Origin: an uncultured Candidatus Rokubacteria bacterium
GTDB lineage: Bacteria > Methylomirabilota > Methylomirabilia > Rokubacteriales > CSP1-6
Assembly: GCA_963758635.1 (NCBI GenBank)
Contig: CAVWWD010000003.1
Location: forward strand, 928,001-992,000
Length of the DNA stretch: 64,000 nt
Direction: 5' to 3'
A program made the translations under genes and the position numbers. Positions 51,384-61,640 of this stretch are shown in pieces (the stretch's first letter is position 1; each line of letters opens with the position of its first letter). The notes below the pieces were generated by a model. The model was not told where the DNA came from. It worked only from the letters and a program-made list of their open reading frames with translations, and did not search any database.

Positions 51384-52793
51384 ATGGACCAGCGCATCCT
51401 CGAATTCATCGGCGACCTGAGACGGGCGGAGCTGCGCATCTCGCCCAGCGAGGCCCTCGACGCCCTCGCCGCCTCCACCGAGATCGGGCTGGAGGACCGC
51501 GACACGTTCAAGACCGCGCTGTCCAGCACGCTCGTGAAGGAGTCGCGCGACCTGCCGACGTTCGACCGGCTGTTCGACCTCTACTTCCTCGACCTCGAGG
51601 CGCTCGGCGCCGGGCTCCAGAAGGCCCTCGGCCCCGAGGACCCGCGGATGCGCGACATGCTCGACAAGCTCGCCTCCGAGGACGGGCTCGAGCTGGACGA
51701 TCTGACCGACCTCATGCTGCGCGGCGAGGGCGCGGACATGGAGATGGCCATCCGCGGCCAGGGGCAGTCGGCCGGGCTCGAGCGCCTGATGTACTTCCTG
51801 CAGATCGGCTACTTCTCGCGGCGCATCTACGACCGCTTCGACTGGGAGTCCATCGAGCGCGACCTCGCCCGCATCATGAAGATGCTCGAGGCCAAGGGGC
51901 TCGATCCCGGCCAGCTCGCCCGCATCCGGAACTACCTGGACCTGCGGCTCGAGGCCTTCCGGCGCATGATCCGCCAGCACGTCGAGCGGGAGCTGGAACG
52001 CCGGGCCTATCGCGAGGGCGAGAAGCTCACCCGCGAGGTGCTCTCGGACAAGCCGCTCTTCGCGCTGTCCCCCGACGAGGTGGCGCAGATGAAGGCGGTG
52101 GTGGCCCGGCTCGCCCGCAAGATCAAGGACGCCCTCGCCCTCCGCCAGCGCCAGGAGGAGAAGGGCCGCCTCGACTCGCGCCGGACGATCCGCCAGAGCC
52201 TGCAGTACGGCGGGATCCCCATGGAGGTGCGCTTCCGCCGCCGCCACCGCGAGAAGCCGAAGCTCGTGACGATGTGCGACGTGTCGGACTCGGTGCGGAA
52301 CGCCTCCCGCTTCATGCTCCAGCTCGTGTGGAGCCTGCAGGACTGCTTCTCGAAGGTCCGCTCCTATGTGTTCGTGTCGGAGATCGCCGAGGTTACCCAG
52401 GCCTTCGCCACCTACCCGGTGGACAAGGCGATCGACTGGGCGCTCAAGTCCTCTCCCGTGGACTACCACTGCCGCTCGGACTTCGGCTACGCGTTCAGCC
52501 GCTACGCGCGAACCGAGCTCGACAGCCTCGACCGGCGGACCACCGTCCTCATCCTGGGGGACGCCCGCAACAACTACAACGACCCGCAAGCGTGGGCGCT
52601 CCGGCAGATCCGGGAGCGCGTGAAGGGCATCATCTGGCTCAACCCCGAGGGGCAGTGGGGCTGGGGCATCGGCGACAGCGTGATGCCGCTCTACACGCCC
52701 GCCTGCGACATCGTGAAGGAGTGCCGCACGGTCGGCCAGCTCGTGCAGGTGGTCGACCAGCTCGTCCACCACTGGTGGCGCCGCGGGCGGTGA
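51384..52793 (+). CDS. CoxE-like VWA domain protein
   Basis: GRLDSRRTIR, CDVSDSV, SDFG, LGDARNN, WLNPE. Confidence 0.9.
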   Translation: MDQRILEFIGDLRRAELRISPSEALDALAASTEIGLEDRDTFKTALSSTLVKESRDLPTFDRLFDLYFLDLEALGAGLQKALGPEDPRMRDMLDKLASEDGLELDDLTDLMLRGEGADMEMAIRGQGQSAGLERLMYFLQIGYFSRRIYDRFDWESIERDLARIMKMLEAKGLDPGQLARIRNYLDLRLEAFRRMIRQHVERELERRAYREGEKLTREVLSDKPLFALSPDEVAQMKAVVARLARKIKDALALRQRQEEKGRLDSRRTIRQSLQYGGIPMEVRFRRRHREKPKLVTMCDVSDSVRNASRFMLQLVWSLQDCFSKVRSYVFVSEIAEVTQAFATYPVDKAIDWALKSSPVDYHCRSDFGYAFSRYARTELDSLDRRTTVLILGDARNNYNDPQAWALRQIRERVKGIIWLNPEGQWGWGIGDSVMPLYTPACDIVKECRTVGQLVQVVDQLVHHWWRRGR

Positions 52794-52942
52794 GGGCGTC
52801 GCTCCGGGGCGCGTCCCCCGCGTAGGGCCGCCGAGGATGCGAACGACGAGACGGCACTCCGCGCGGACGCTGAGTCGCGGTATTGGCCCGCTCGCCGGCG
52901 TCAAAGACCGCATGTCTTGACAACATGGTCGAGGAGGCGCGC

Positions 52943-54329
52943 GTGAGCGAGGAAGCGGCGGCGCGGCGTCTCGCCCGGTTCGTGCTGGACCTTCGTCTGG
53001 CCGCGCTGCCCGGCGAGGTCGTCGAGCAGGCCCAGCGCCTCGTGCTGGACATCCTCGGGAGCTGCCTCGCGTCCTCCACCATGGACTTCGGCGAGGCGGC
53101 CATCCGGGTGGCCCAGGCCCTCGGGGGGCCGCCGGTCAGCTCGGTCATCGGCACGGCCACGCGCGTGGCGCCGGCCAACGCCGTGCTCGCCAACGGCACC
53201 CTCGCCCACGGCCTCGACTTCGACGACACCCGCGAGGACGCGATCGTCCACACCGGCTGCGCCGCGGTGACCTCGGCCCTCGCCGTGGCGGAAGCGACGA
53301 GCGCGACGGGCGCCGCGCTCCTCGAGGCGACGGTGGCCGCCGTCGAGGTGATGTGCCGGGTCGGGCTCACCGTTCCCGGCCGATTCCACGCGCGCCACTT
53401 CCATCCGACGAGCCTCACCGCCGGCTTCGCCGCGGCCGCGGCCGCGGGCCGGCTCCTCGGCCTGTCCGAGGACGAGCTGACGCGGGCCTTCGGGATCTGC
53501 GGGAGCCAGGCCGGCGGCATCATCGAGTACCTCGGCGACGGCTCGTGGACCAAGCGCCTCCATCCGGGCTGGACCGGACATGGGGGCGTCATCGCCGCGC
53601 AGCTCGCGCAGGCCGGCTTCACCGGGCCCGAGCGCGTCCTCGAGGGCGAGCACGGCTTCTTCGCGGCCTTCGCGGGGGGCCACGACGGGGGCCGCCTCGC
53701 CGCGCCAGCTCGACAGCCTCGGCCGCGTGTGGGAGATCCTCGAGCTCACCTACAAGCCGTACCCGTGCGGGTCGATCGCGCACCCGTACATGGACTGCGC
53801 GCTCCGGCTGCGCGAGCGCCACGGCGTCCGCGCCGCCGACGTGGCCGCCATCGAGTGCGAGACCGCGGCGGGCCCGGTGCCGCGCCTCTGGGAGCCGCTC
53901 GCCGCCAAGCACCGCCCGCCGAACGGTTACGCCGCGAAGTTCAGCCTGCCGTACCTGCTCGCGGTGATCATCGCGAAGGGACGGGCCGGCTTCGCGGAGT
54001 TCACCGACGAGGCCTGCCGCGACGAGGCCGTGCTCGCCCTCGCCGCGCGCGTCCGCTACACCATCGACCCGTCCATCGACTACCCGCGGCAGTTCGTCGG
54101 CCGTGTGCGCGTCACGCTCGCCGACGGCCGCGTTCTCGAGGAGCGCCAGGACCGGCCGCGCGGCGGCCCGGACCTGCCGATGACCCGTGACGACCTCGTG
54201 CGGAAGTTCCGCGGCAACGCCGAGCTCCGTCTGCCCGCCGACGCCGTCGAGCGTGTGATCGAGCGCGTGGGCGCGCTGGCCCGCGCGCCCGGGCTCGGAC
54301 CGCTCGCCGAGGCCCTCGCGCCTCGATGA
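52943..54329 (+). CDS. MmgE/PrpD family protein; frameshift near 53700
   Basis: NGTLAHGLDFDD, TKRLHPG, YKPYPCG, AKFSLPY. Confidence 0.88.
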
Positions 54330-54366
54330 TCGCGCGCCCCCGCGGGCGCGCAGGAGGAGACGTTCC

Positions 54367-55422
54367 ATGTGTGCGTTCGCCTCGCCTTCGGCTCGGCTCA
54401 CACTGCCACGTTGGGCACGCGCCCTCGTCACGTTCGTGCTCGTCGCGCTCGCCGCGCCGCCCGTCCTCGCGCAGGACGCGCGGCTCGAGGCGGCGAAGAA
54501 GGAAGGCAAGGTCGTCTGGTACACGTCGCTCGCCCTGACCAGCGCGGAGAAGGTGGCCAAGCTCTTCGAGGCCGCCTACCCGGGGGTCAAGGTCGAGGTG
54601 CACCGCACCGGCTCGCAGCGCGTCCTGCAGCGGGTGATGCAGGAGGTCCAGGCCAACATCAAGAACGCGGACGTGATCCACACGTCCGACGCCGGGCACT
54701 TCGTGCTCCTCAAGGAGAAGAAGCTCCTCATGAAGTACACGCCGGCCGGGGTGGATCCGTTCCCGGCGAGCTTCAAGGACAAGGACGGCTTCCACTACGG
54801 CCTCCGCGCCACCGTGAACGTGATCGCCTACAACACCAAGGCGGTCTCCGCCGCGGAGGCGCCGAAGACGTGGAAGGACCTCCTCGACCCGCGGTGGAAG
54901 GGCAAGCTCGTCACCGCGCATCCGGGCTACAGCGGCGTCATCGCCACCCACGTCCTCGCCCTGGTGCACTTGCACGGCTGGGACTACTTCAAGCAGCTCG
55001 CCTCGCAGCGGCTGATGCTGGTGCAGTCGGCGGTGGATCCCGCCGGCGTGGTGGCCTCGGGCGAGCGCGTGGTCGCGGTGAACGGCGGCGACTACAACTT
55101 CTACCAGGTGAAGAAGAAGGGGAACCCGGTCGAGATGGTGTACCCGAAGGAAGGCGTGCCCCTGGTCATCTCGCCGAGCGCGATCACGGCGTTCGCGCCG
55201 CACCCGAACGCGGCCAGGCTCTTCACCGACTTCACGTTCTCGCGCGAGATCCAGCAGGTGATGGCGGACAGCGAGGGGCTCTACACCGGACATCCGGACG
55301 TGAAGTACCCGGCGGACAAGCCGAAGCTCTCCGAGCTCAAGCTCCTATCCGTGGACCCCGAGGAGCTGGAGAAGCGCAGCGAGGAGATCAAGAAGCGCTT
55401 CGTGGAGCTCTTCGGCGCCTGA
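54367..55422 (+). CDS. ABC substrate-binding protein (Fe3+/thiamine/spermidine-like class)
   Basis: Signal peptide, AAKKEGKVVWYTS, PKTWKDLLDPRWKGK, APHPNAARLF. Confidence 0.9.
   Translation: MCAFASPSARLTLPRWARALVTFVLVALAAPPVLAQDARLEAAKKEGKVVWYTSLALTSAEKVAKLFEAAYPGVKVEVHRTGSQRVLQRVMQEVQANIKNADVIHTSDAGHFVLLKEKKLLMKYTPAGVDPFPASFKDKDGFHYGLRATVNVIAYNTKAVSAAEAPKTWKDLLDPRWKGKLVTAHPGYSGVIATHVLALVHLHGWDYFKQLASQRLMLVQSAVDPAGVVASGERVVAVNGGDYNFYQVKKKGNPVEMVYPKEGVPLVISPSAITAFAPHPNAARLFTDFTFSREIQQVMADSEGLYTGHPDVKYPADKPKLSELKLLSVDPEELEKRSEEIKKRFVELFGA
54373..54403 (-). repeat. GNA-triloop/tandem G.A hairpin repeat inside the SBP N-terminus
   Basis: Minus strand GTGT-GA-GCC-GA-GCC-GAA-GGC-GA-GGC-GA-ACGC. 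Confidence 0.75.
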
Positions 55423-55432
55423 GGCGCCTGCG

Positions 55433-57181
55433 ATGGTGAGCGAGACGCAGGGGACCGCCGCGCCGCCGCGCGGCCGCGGCCGTTCGCTGATGCCGGGCGT
55501 CCGCGGCGTCGGCTCGACCATGGACCGGTCGGTGCCGGTCTGGATCATCGCGGCGGCCACGCTGGTGCTCCTGATCGCGCTGCCGCTGGGCTGGCTCGTC
55601 GCGGTGAGCCTCGCGGGCGCCGACGGCCGGACCACCCTGGCGCACTACGTCACGGCGTTCGGCGACCCCGCGCTCCGCGTCGCCCTCTGGAACACCGTGG
55701 TGCTCTCGTTCTGGGTGGGGCTCGCGTCCCTCGCCGTCGGGGCGCCGCTCGCGTGGTTGGTCGCGCGCACGGACCTGCCCGCGCGCCGGCTCATCCGGAG
55801 CCTCATCATGGCCTCCTTCGTCACGCCGCCGTTCCTGGGCGCGGTGGCGTGGGTCATGCTGGCCGGGCCCAACGCGGGCGCGCTCAACAAGCTCTACCGC
55901 GGGTGGACGGGGAGCGACGAGCCGCTCGTGAACATCTTCACCATGTCGGGGCTGGTCTTCGTCGTCGCGCTCTACACGTTCCCGTACGTGTTCATCATGA
56001 TCGTCAACACCCTCGAGCTGATCGCGTCCGACCTCGAGGAGGCCGCGGCCATCCTGGGCGCGCCGCGCTGGCACGTGGCGCTCACCGTGACGCTCCCCAT
56101 GGTGGGGCCGGCCATCGTGAGCGGCTTCGTCCTCGCCGTCCTCCAGGCCCTCGCCCTCTTCGGGTCGCCGGCGATCCTCGCGCTGCCCGCGGGCTTCCAC
56201 ACCATCACTACGCAGATTTGGTCGCTCTTCCAGTACCCGCCGAAGGTGGAGATGGCGGCGGCCTTCTCGATGCCGCTCCTCCTCGCCACCGCGCTCCTGC
56301 TCGCGCTCCAGAAGCGCCTGCTCGGCCGCCGCGGGTACGCGTCGGTGGGAGGCAAGGGCGCGCAGCGGCGGCGCATCCCGCTCGGCCCATGGCGGATCCC
56401 CGCGCTCGCCGGCTGCCTCGCCGTGGCAGCGTGCGCGATCGGGCTGCCCTACGGCATCCTCGCCAAGGCCGCGCTGTCCGCCGCGTGGGCCCAGCCCCTC
56501 ACGTGGGACAACTTCACGCTGGATAACTTCACCTTCACCTTCGGCTACAGCGCGACCCAGTCGGCCATCGTCAACACGCTCGAGCTGGGCGCGCTCACCG
56601 CGTGCGTGGGGGCGGGCCTCGCCGCGCTCCTCGCCTACGTCACGACCCGGAAGCTGGTGATGGGCCACCAGCTCCTCGGCTTCCTCGCCCTCGCCCCGGT
56701 GGTGATCCCGGGCGTCGTCCTCGCCGTGGGGCTGTTCATCGCCTACACGCGGCCCCCGCTGCTGCTCTACGGGAGCATCTGGCTCCTCTTCGTCGCGTAC
56801 CTCACCAAGGAGATGCCGGTCGGCTACTCGCAGTCCGAGGCGACCTTTCGCGGGATCCATCCCGAGCTCGAGGAAGCGGGGCGCATCCTCGGCGCGGGAC
56901 GCCTCACCGTGCTGCGCGAAATCACGGCTCCGCTCGCGCGGAGCGGTATCATTGCCGCATGGTGCTTCATCTTCATCGGCGTGATCCGGGAGCTGTCGGC
57001 CTCGATCCTGCTGTTCACGCCGAGCACCAAGGTCATCTCGGTGCTGATCTTCGACCTGAAGGAGGAAGGGCAGTTCAGCGCCATCGCCGTCCTCGGCCTG
57101 TTCATGCTCGCGATCACGTTCGCCATCGTCGCCCTCATGCAGAGCGTCCTCGGCCGCGACGTGATGGGCGCGAAGGAGTAG
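55433..57181 (+). CDS. FbpB-like ABC permease (start may be 55520)
   Basis: Two EAA loops (LEEAAAILGA, LEEAGRILGA) and about 12 TM helices. Confidence 0.9.
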   Translation: MVSETQGTAAPPRGRGRSLMPGVRGVGSTMDRSVPVWIIAAATLVLLIALPLGWLVAVSLAGADGRTTLAHYVTAFGDPALRVALWNTVVLSFWVGLASLAVGAPLAWLVARTDLPARRLIRSLIMASFVTPPFLGAVAWVMLAGPNAGALNKLYRGWTGSDEPLVNIFTMSGLVFVVALYTFPYVFIMIVNTLELIASDLEEAAAILGAPRWHVALTVTLPMVGPAIVSGFVLAVLQALALFGSPAILALPAGFHTITTQIWSLFQYPPKVEMAAAFSMPLLLATALLLALQKRLLGRRGYASVGGKGAQRRRIPLGPWRIPALAGCLAVAACAIGLPYGILAKAALSAAWAQPLTWDNFTLDNFTFTFGYSATQSAIVNTLELGALTACVGAGLAALLAYVTTRKLVMGHQLLGFLALAPVVIPGVVLAVGLFIAYTRPPLLLYGSIWLLFVAYLTKEMPVGYSQSEATFRGIHPELEEAGRILGAGRLTVLREITAPLARSGIIAAWCFIFIGVIRELSASILLFTPSTKVISVLIFDLKEEGQFSAIAVLGLFMLAITFAIVALMQSVLGRDVMGAKE

Positions 57182-57189
57182 CGGCGGCG

Positions 57190-58267
57190 ATGCCGGGCGT
57201 GACGCTCCGGGGCCTCACGCGGCGGTACGGCGACGTGGCGGCCGTCGAGGGGCTGGACCTCGACGTCAAGCCGGGCGAGCTGATCTCGCTCCTCGGTCCC
57301 TCCGGGTGTGGCAAGACCACCACGCTCCGGCTCGTCGCGGGGTTCCTCGCCCCCGACGCCGGCGAGATCTGGGTGGGCGATCGCTGCCTGTCGTCGTCGC
57401 GCGGCGTCGTGCCGCCGGAGCACCGGCGCATGGCCATGATCTTCCAGAGCTACGCGCTCTGGCCGCACATGACGGTGGCGCGGAACGTCGGCTACGGACT
57501 CCGCTTCAAGGGCGTGGCGCGCGCCGGACCGCGACGCGCGCGTGCGCGAGATGCTGCGGGTGGTGCAGCTCGCCGACCTCGGCGCGCGCTACCCCGGCGA
57601 GCTCTCGGGCGGGCAGCAGCAGCGCGTGGCGCTGGCCCGCGCCCTCGTGGTGGAGCCGGAGATCCTCCTCCTGGACGAGCCGCTGTCGAACCTCGACGCC
57701 AACCTGCGCGAGGAGATGCGCTTCGAGATCCGGCGGCTGCACGAGGCCTTCGGCATCACCACGCTCTACGTCACCCACGACCAGGCCGAGGCCATGGTGA
57801 TCTCGGATCGCGTCGCCGTGCTCGAGCGCGGACGGATCGCGCAGATCGGCCCGCCCGCCGACTTGTTCCAGCAGCCGCGCACGCGCTTCGTGGCCGAGTT
57901 CATCGGCAAGACCAACCTCGTCGAGGCGGTGGGCGAGGGCGGCGCGGTCGTGCGCCACGGCGGCCTTCGGCTGCGCGTGGGCGCGGAGGTGCGCGCGGGC
58001 GAGGCGGTGGCCGTGTCCATCCGTCCGCACGCCATCGCGCTCGTCCGCCCGGGCGAGCCGGCGGCGCCGGCGGAGAACCTCCTGCCGGGGGCGGTCGAGC
58101 GCGTCACGTACCTGGGCGAGACCTTCGACTACCAGGTACGGATCGACGGCGCCGACCTCCTTCTTCGCGTCGCAGCACCGCCGCCGCGCCGGGCGGAGCC
58201 GGGGGATCGCGTGAGCCTCTCCGTGCCCGCCGCGGCGTGCGTGATCCTGGCGCCGGAGGCCGCGTGA
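57190..58267 (+). CDS. ABC ATP-binding protein with TOBE domain; frameshift near 57530
   Basis: GPSGCGKTT, FQSYALWPHM, LSGGQQQRVALAR, DEPLSNLDA. Confidence 0.9.
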
Positions 58268-58926
58268 GACCGGTGGCCGTCGCCGCCCTCCTGGGGCTCG
58301 CCGCGCTCGCCGCCCTGAGCGGCCGGGCGGCCGCCGACCAGTGCATCCCGCTCTCCGACTTCTCCAAGGACGCGCCCGGGAGCTTCCCCAAGGACTGGCG
58401 CCCGCTGCGTGAGGACGCGCGCCAGGTCTACCGGGTGATGGCGGAGGGCGGCCGGCGCTTCCTCCGCGGCCTCTCCCGCGGCGTGGGCACGCAGGCGCTC
58501 CTCGATCGCCCGTGGGATCTCCGCGAGCATCCGGTGCTCGCCTGGAAGTGGCGGCCGCGCGTGTTCCCCGAGGGCTCCGACGAGCGCCGCGGGGGCGCCA
58601 ACGACAGCGCGCTCGGCGTCTACGTGGGCTTCCCGCAGAGCCGGTTCACCGTGAAGGCGCTCAAGTACGTGTGGAGCCGCGTGGCGCCGGAAGGCACGGA
58701 GACGAGCGCCAGCGCGGGCATGACGAAGATGCGGATCCTGCGGCGGGGCCCGGCCGAGAAGGACGCCTGGACGTCGGAGCGGGTGAACGTGATCGAGGAT
58801 TACCGCCGGCTCTTCGGGGGCGATCCCGACAAGCCCCTGCGCGGGATCGGCGTGCTGACCGATTCCGACGACACGAAGAGCACAGCGGAAGGGGACTACG
58901 CGGACTTCCGCGCTTGCCGGCCCTGA
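58264..58926 (+). CDS. DUF3047 family exported protein
   Basis: Signal peptide, LAWKW, LKYVWS, DYRRLFG, LTDSDDT. Confidence 0.8.
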   Translation: MRPVAVAALLGLAALAALSGRAAADQCIPLSDFSKDAPGSFPKDWRPLREDARQVYRVMAEGGRRFLRGLSRGVGTQALLDRPWDLREHPVLAWKWRPRVFPEGSDERRGGANDSALGVYVGFPQSRFTVKALKYVWSRVAPEGTETSASAGMTKMRILRRGPAEKDAWTSERVNVIEDYRRLFGGDPDKPLRGIGVLTDSDDTKSTAEGDYADFRACRP

Positions 58927-59165
58927 CCAGCCGCCTTCTTCCCGGTCGTCCGGGCCCCCAGATTGTCGGCTGGACCTTTCCCGGGCGCTCTCGTACCCTC
59001 ATCGGAGGATCCAGGTCGTCCGGTGCTGACGCGTCGAGTCTTGGACCTTAGTCCAGTATCGGCGGACGCGCGCTCGACCTAGCCTTCAGGAACGCACGGC
59101 GCCGGGCGTCGTAAAGAGCCAAATGGGAGGGCCACGCCCCGGGACGCCCTGGGGACGCGACGGTC

Positions 59166-59588
59166 ATGGGACTCAGGGCATACGCACTCGGGCTTGCGCT
59201 GCCGGCGCTGATGGGGCTGTCCGGCTGCGCGTTCACCGCCAGCACCTCGGCCGTCCTCGACAGCAGCCTCGCGTCGAGCGCGAGCCCCTCGCGCGAGGTG
59301 CGTGCCGCCGCCTACCACGACGACATCCGTGACCTGACCGCCGCCCACGTGGCCACCGGCGGCTCGTTCCCGGCCTTCCAGCGCCACCTCGGCGACCTCG
59401 CGCGCAAGCACGGCATCAGCGACTGGGAGGAGGAGCCGGCGACGTACGCGGCCATCGGGCATGGGCTCGCCAAGGCGGGCGCCGACGGCGCGGCGCTCGA
59501 CGCCTACACCGGGGAGCTCGTGGGGTCCGACGCCGACCGGGCGCGCGTCATCCGCGCCGCGTACGCGGACGAGAGGCTCACGCGATGA
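59166..59588 (+). CDS. Putative lipoprotein with Ser-rich N-terminus
   Basis: LSGC lipobox, then AFTASTSAVLDSSLASSASPS; ARKHGISDWE. Confidence 0.75.
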   Translation: MGLRAYALGLALPALMGLSGCAFTASTSAVLDSSLASSASPSREVRAAAYHDDIRDLTAAHVATGGSFPAFQRHLGDLARKHGISDWEEEPATYAAIGHGLAKAGADGAALDAYTGELVGSDADRARVIRAAYADERLTR

Positions 59589-61609
59589 CCGGCCACCGGA
59601 TCACCGTCAGCGCGCTCCGCGCCGGGGTCGCCGGCGTGGCCCTGGCGCTCGCCGCGAGCGCGACGGCCTGGGCGGACCCCGGGCCCTCCATCGTGTACGT
59701 GTCGATGGGGTCGAACGAGGGCGTCGCCTCCGGGGGGCACTCCGGCATCCGCCTCGGCGGCCTGGTCTTCCACTTCGAGCGCCAGACCGGCGGGCTCCTC
59801 CGCATGAGGCGCGAGGACTTCGAGTCCGTCCGTCACCGCTACAGCGCGCTCGAGAACCGGACCATGGTGGTGCGGAGCGTCTCGGTCAGCCCGGACACGT
59901 ACCGGCTCATCCACGAGGAGTTCACGCTCCGCTACGCGGTGCAGGAGCAGCACGTCCGCGCCCACGACCTCCTGCGCGCCGACCGGCACCTGCTCGAGGC
60001 CACGCTCGCCGCGCGCACCGGAGCGCGTTCGCCCGGTCCCGTCGTCCTCGAGGGCGTGGGCCTCTTCTTCGACCAGGTGGAGCTGCCGGGGATCGCCGCC
60101 GGCGGCGCGGACCGGGCCGGCGCGGACCTCGTGAGCCCGGCTCTCGACGGCTTCCGGCGGCGCGTGGCCGCCGCGCTCGGCGAGGGTTTCCTCGCCGGCG
60201 CGCGGACACGGATCGCCCGCGATCTGGACGCCCTGCGTCCCGACCCCGACGACGCCCCGCTCCGGCCCATCGCCGCGGACCGGCCGCCCGCCGCGTCGTA
60301 TGCGCTGTCGCAGCGCTACCGCGACGGCGTCACCTTGCTCGCGGCGCTCGCCGTGGTGGAGGGCGCGCGGCCGCTCCGTGACGGAAGCCTGGTGGGCGCG
60401 GGCGGGATGGGGCCGCGTCTGGACGGCGGGGACCTCGAGCTGATCGACCGGCTGGCCGTCGCGCAGGAGGCGAGCCTCCTCCGGCTCCTGCGCTCCGCCC
60501 GGCCCGATCGCGGCTTCCCGCTGCTGGTGGGGATGGCGCGGCTCGTGGCCCTCGACGAGAGCCGCCGGTCCGGCCGGTGGCAGTTCGTGGACAGCCTCCC
60601 GGCCAACGTCACGGTGATCCGCGGCGCGCGCCTCGCGCGGTACCCCGACCTCGCGCATGGGCTCCTCGCGGAGGCGCGCGACGACTTCGAGGCGGCGCGC
60701 GCCACGCTCCGCGCCCCCGGGGACGCGGGCGGACGCTTCCCGGAGGGGGACTGGGCCGCGCTCGAGGCGGCAGGGGGCCACTTCCAGCGGGTGCTCGGCT
60801 CCGTGCACGAGCGTCGTGACCTCCCGTTCGCGGGGGCGGCTCCGCTGCCGTCCCGGAGCGCGGTGCTCCGGCAGCCCCGGCTGGCCGCCCTCGGCACCGA
60901 CGAGCTCCGCGCGAGCCTCGGCGCGGCGCGCCGGCGCGAGGAGTGGCACGCCGAGGCCCTCGAGCGCCTCTACGGCTACGAGGTGTTCACGAAGAACTGC
61001 GTCACCGAGATCTTCGACACGATCGACGCCGCGTTCGCCCGCGCCGTCACCGAGGCGGCGACCCGCGACGGCGTGAGCCTCTCCCGTGCCGAGCTCGAGG
61101 AGCGGGTGGCGGAGGAGTCGGTGCGGCGCCTCGGCGGCCACGTGGAGGGCGCGCCGAACTTCCTGCCCGCCGCCGCGGCGATCGCGGTGGAGCGGGCCTG
61201 GCGCGTGGACGAGCGCGTGGAGATCCCGTCGCACCGGCGCTCGATGCTGGCCCGCATGTACGAGCAGCAGAACTTCCTGCGCGTGTTCCTGCGCGAGTCG
61301 AACACGCTGACCTCCACCCTCTACCGGTGGACGCAGGACGACTCGACCTTCCTGTTCTTCACCGACGACGCCCTCGTGCCGCGTCCGCTCTTCGGCGCGC
61401 TGAACCTCGTCACCGGCCTCATCGCCGCCGCCGCGGGGCTCGTCCGCATCCCCATCGACGGCGGCGACCTCACGGTGTCCGGCCTCAAGGGCGCGTTCTT
61501 CAGCTTGCCCGAGCTCGCCTTCCTGAACATCCGCAAGGGCTCGTTCGAGCACGTCGGGCGGTCACGGCCGGCGGCCATCGCGGCGCGCCGCCACGCGGCC
61601 CAGCCGTAA
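59585..61609 (+). CDS. Large exported/membrane protein with GHS...NC motifs (papain/NlpC-like candidate)
   Basis: Signal peptide, SGGHSGIRLG, YEVFTKNCVTEI, C-terminal hydrophobic helices; ATGA overlap with the lipoprotein gene. Confidence 0.65.
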   Translation: MTGHRITVSALRAGVAGVALALAASATAWADPGPSIVYVSMGSNEGVASGGHSGIRLGGLVFHFERQTGGLLRMRREDFESVRHRYSALENRTMVVRSVSVSPDTYRLIHEEFTLRYAVQEQHVRAHDLLRADRHLLEATLAARTGARSPGPVVLEGVGLFFDQVELPGIAAGGADRAGADLVSPALDGFRRRVAAALGEGFLAGARTRIARDLDALRPDPDDAPLRPIAADRPPAASYALSQRYRDGVTLLAALAVVEGARPLRDGSLVGAGGMGPRLDGGDLELIDRLAVAQEASLLRLLRSARPDRGFPLLVGMARLVALDESRRSGRWQFVDSLPANVTVIRGARLARYPDLAHGLLAEARDDFEAARATLRAPGDAGGRFPEGDWAALEAAGGHFQRVLGSVHERRDLPFAGAAPLPSRSAVLRQPRLAALGTDELRASLGAARRREEWHAEALERLYGYEVFTKNCVTEIFDTIDAAFARAVTEAATRDGVSLSRAELEERVAEESVRRLGGHVEGAPNFLPAAAAIAVERAWRVDERVEIPSHRRSMLARMYEQQNFLRVFLRESNTLTSTLYRWTQDDSTFLFFTDDALVPRPLFGALNLVTGLIAAAAGLVRIPIDGGDLTVSGLKGAFFSLPELAFLNIRKGSFEHVGRSRPAAIAARRHAAQP

Positions 61610-61640
61610 GCGCGCGCGGCCCCGCGGTGACGACGGCCCG

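Noticed and set aside
49245..52913. Long antisense or alternate-frame ORFs (1222 aa here and many similar)
   Set aside because: Shadow ORFs expected at high GC; only the last ~88 codons (antitoxin) look real
58930..59165. TGGAC-CTTA-GTCCA palindrome (59042-59055) as an operator or ncRNA
   Set aside because: Single short palindrome with no supporting regulator or full second copy
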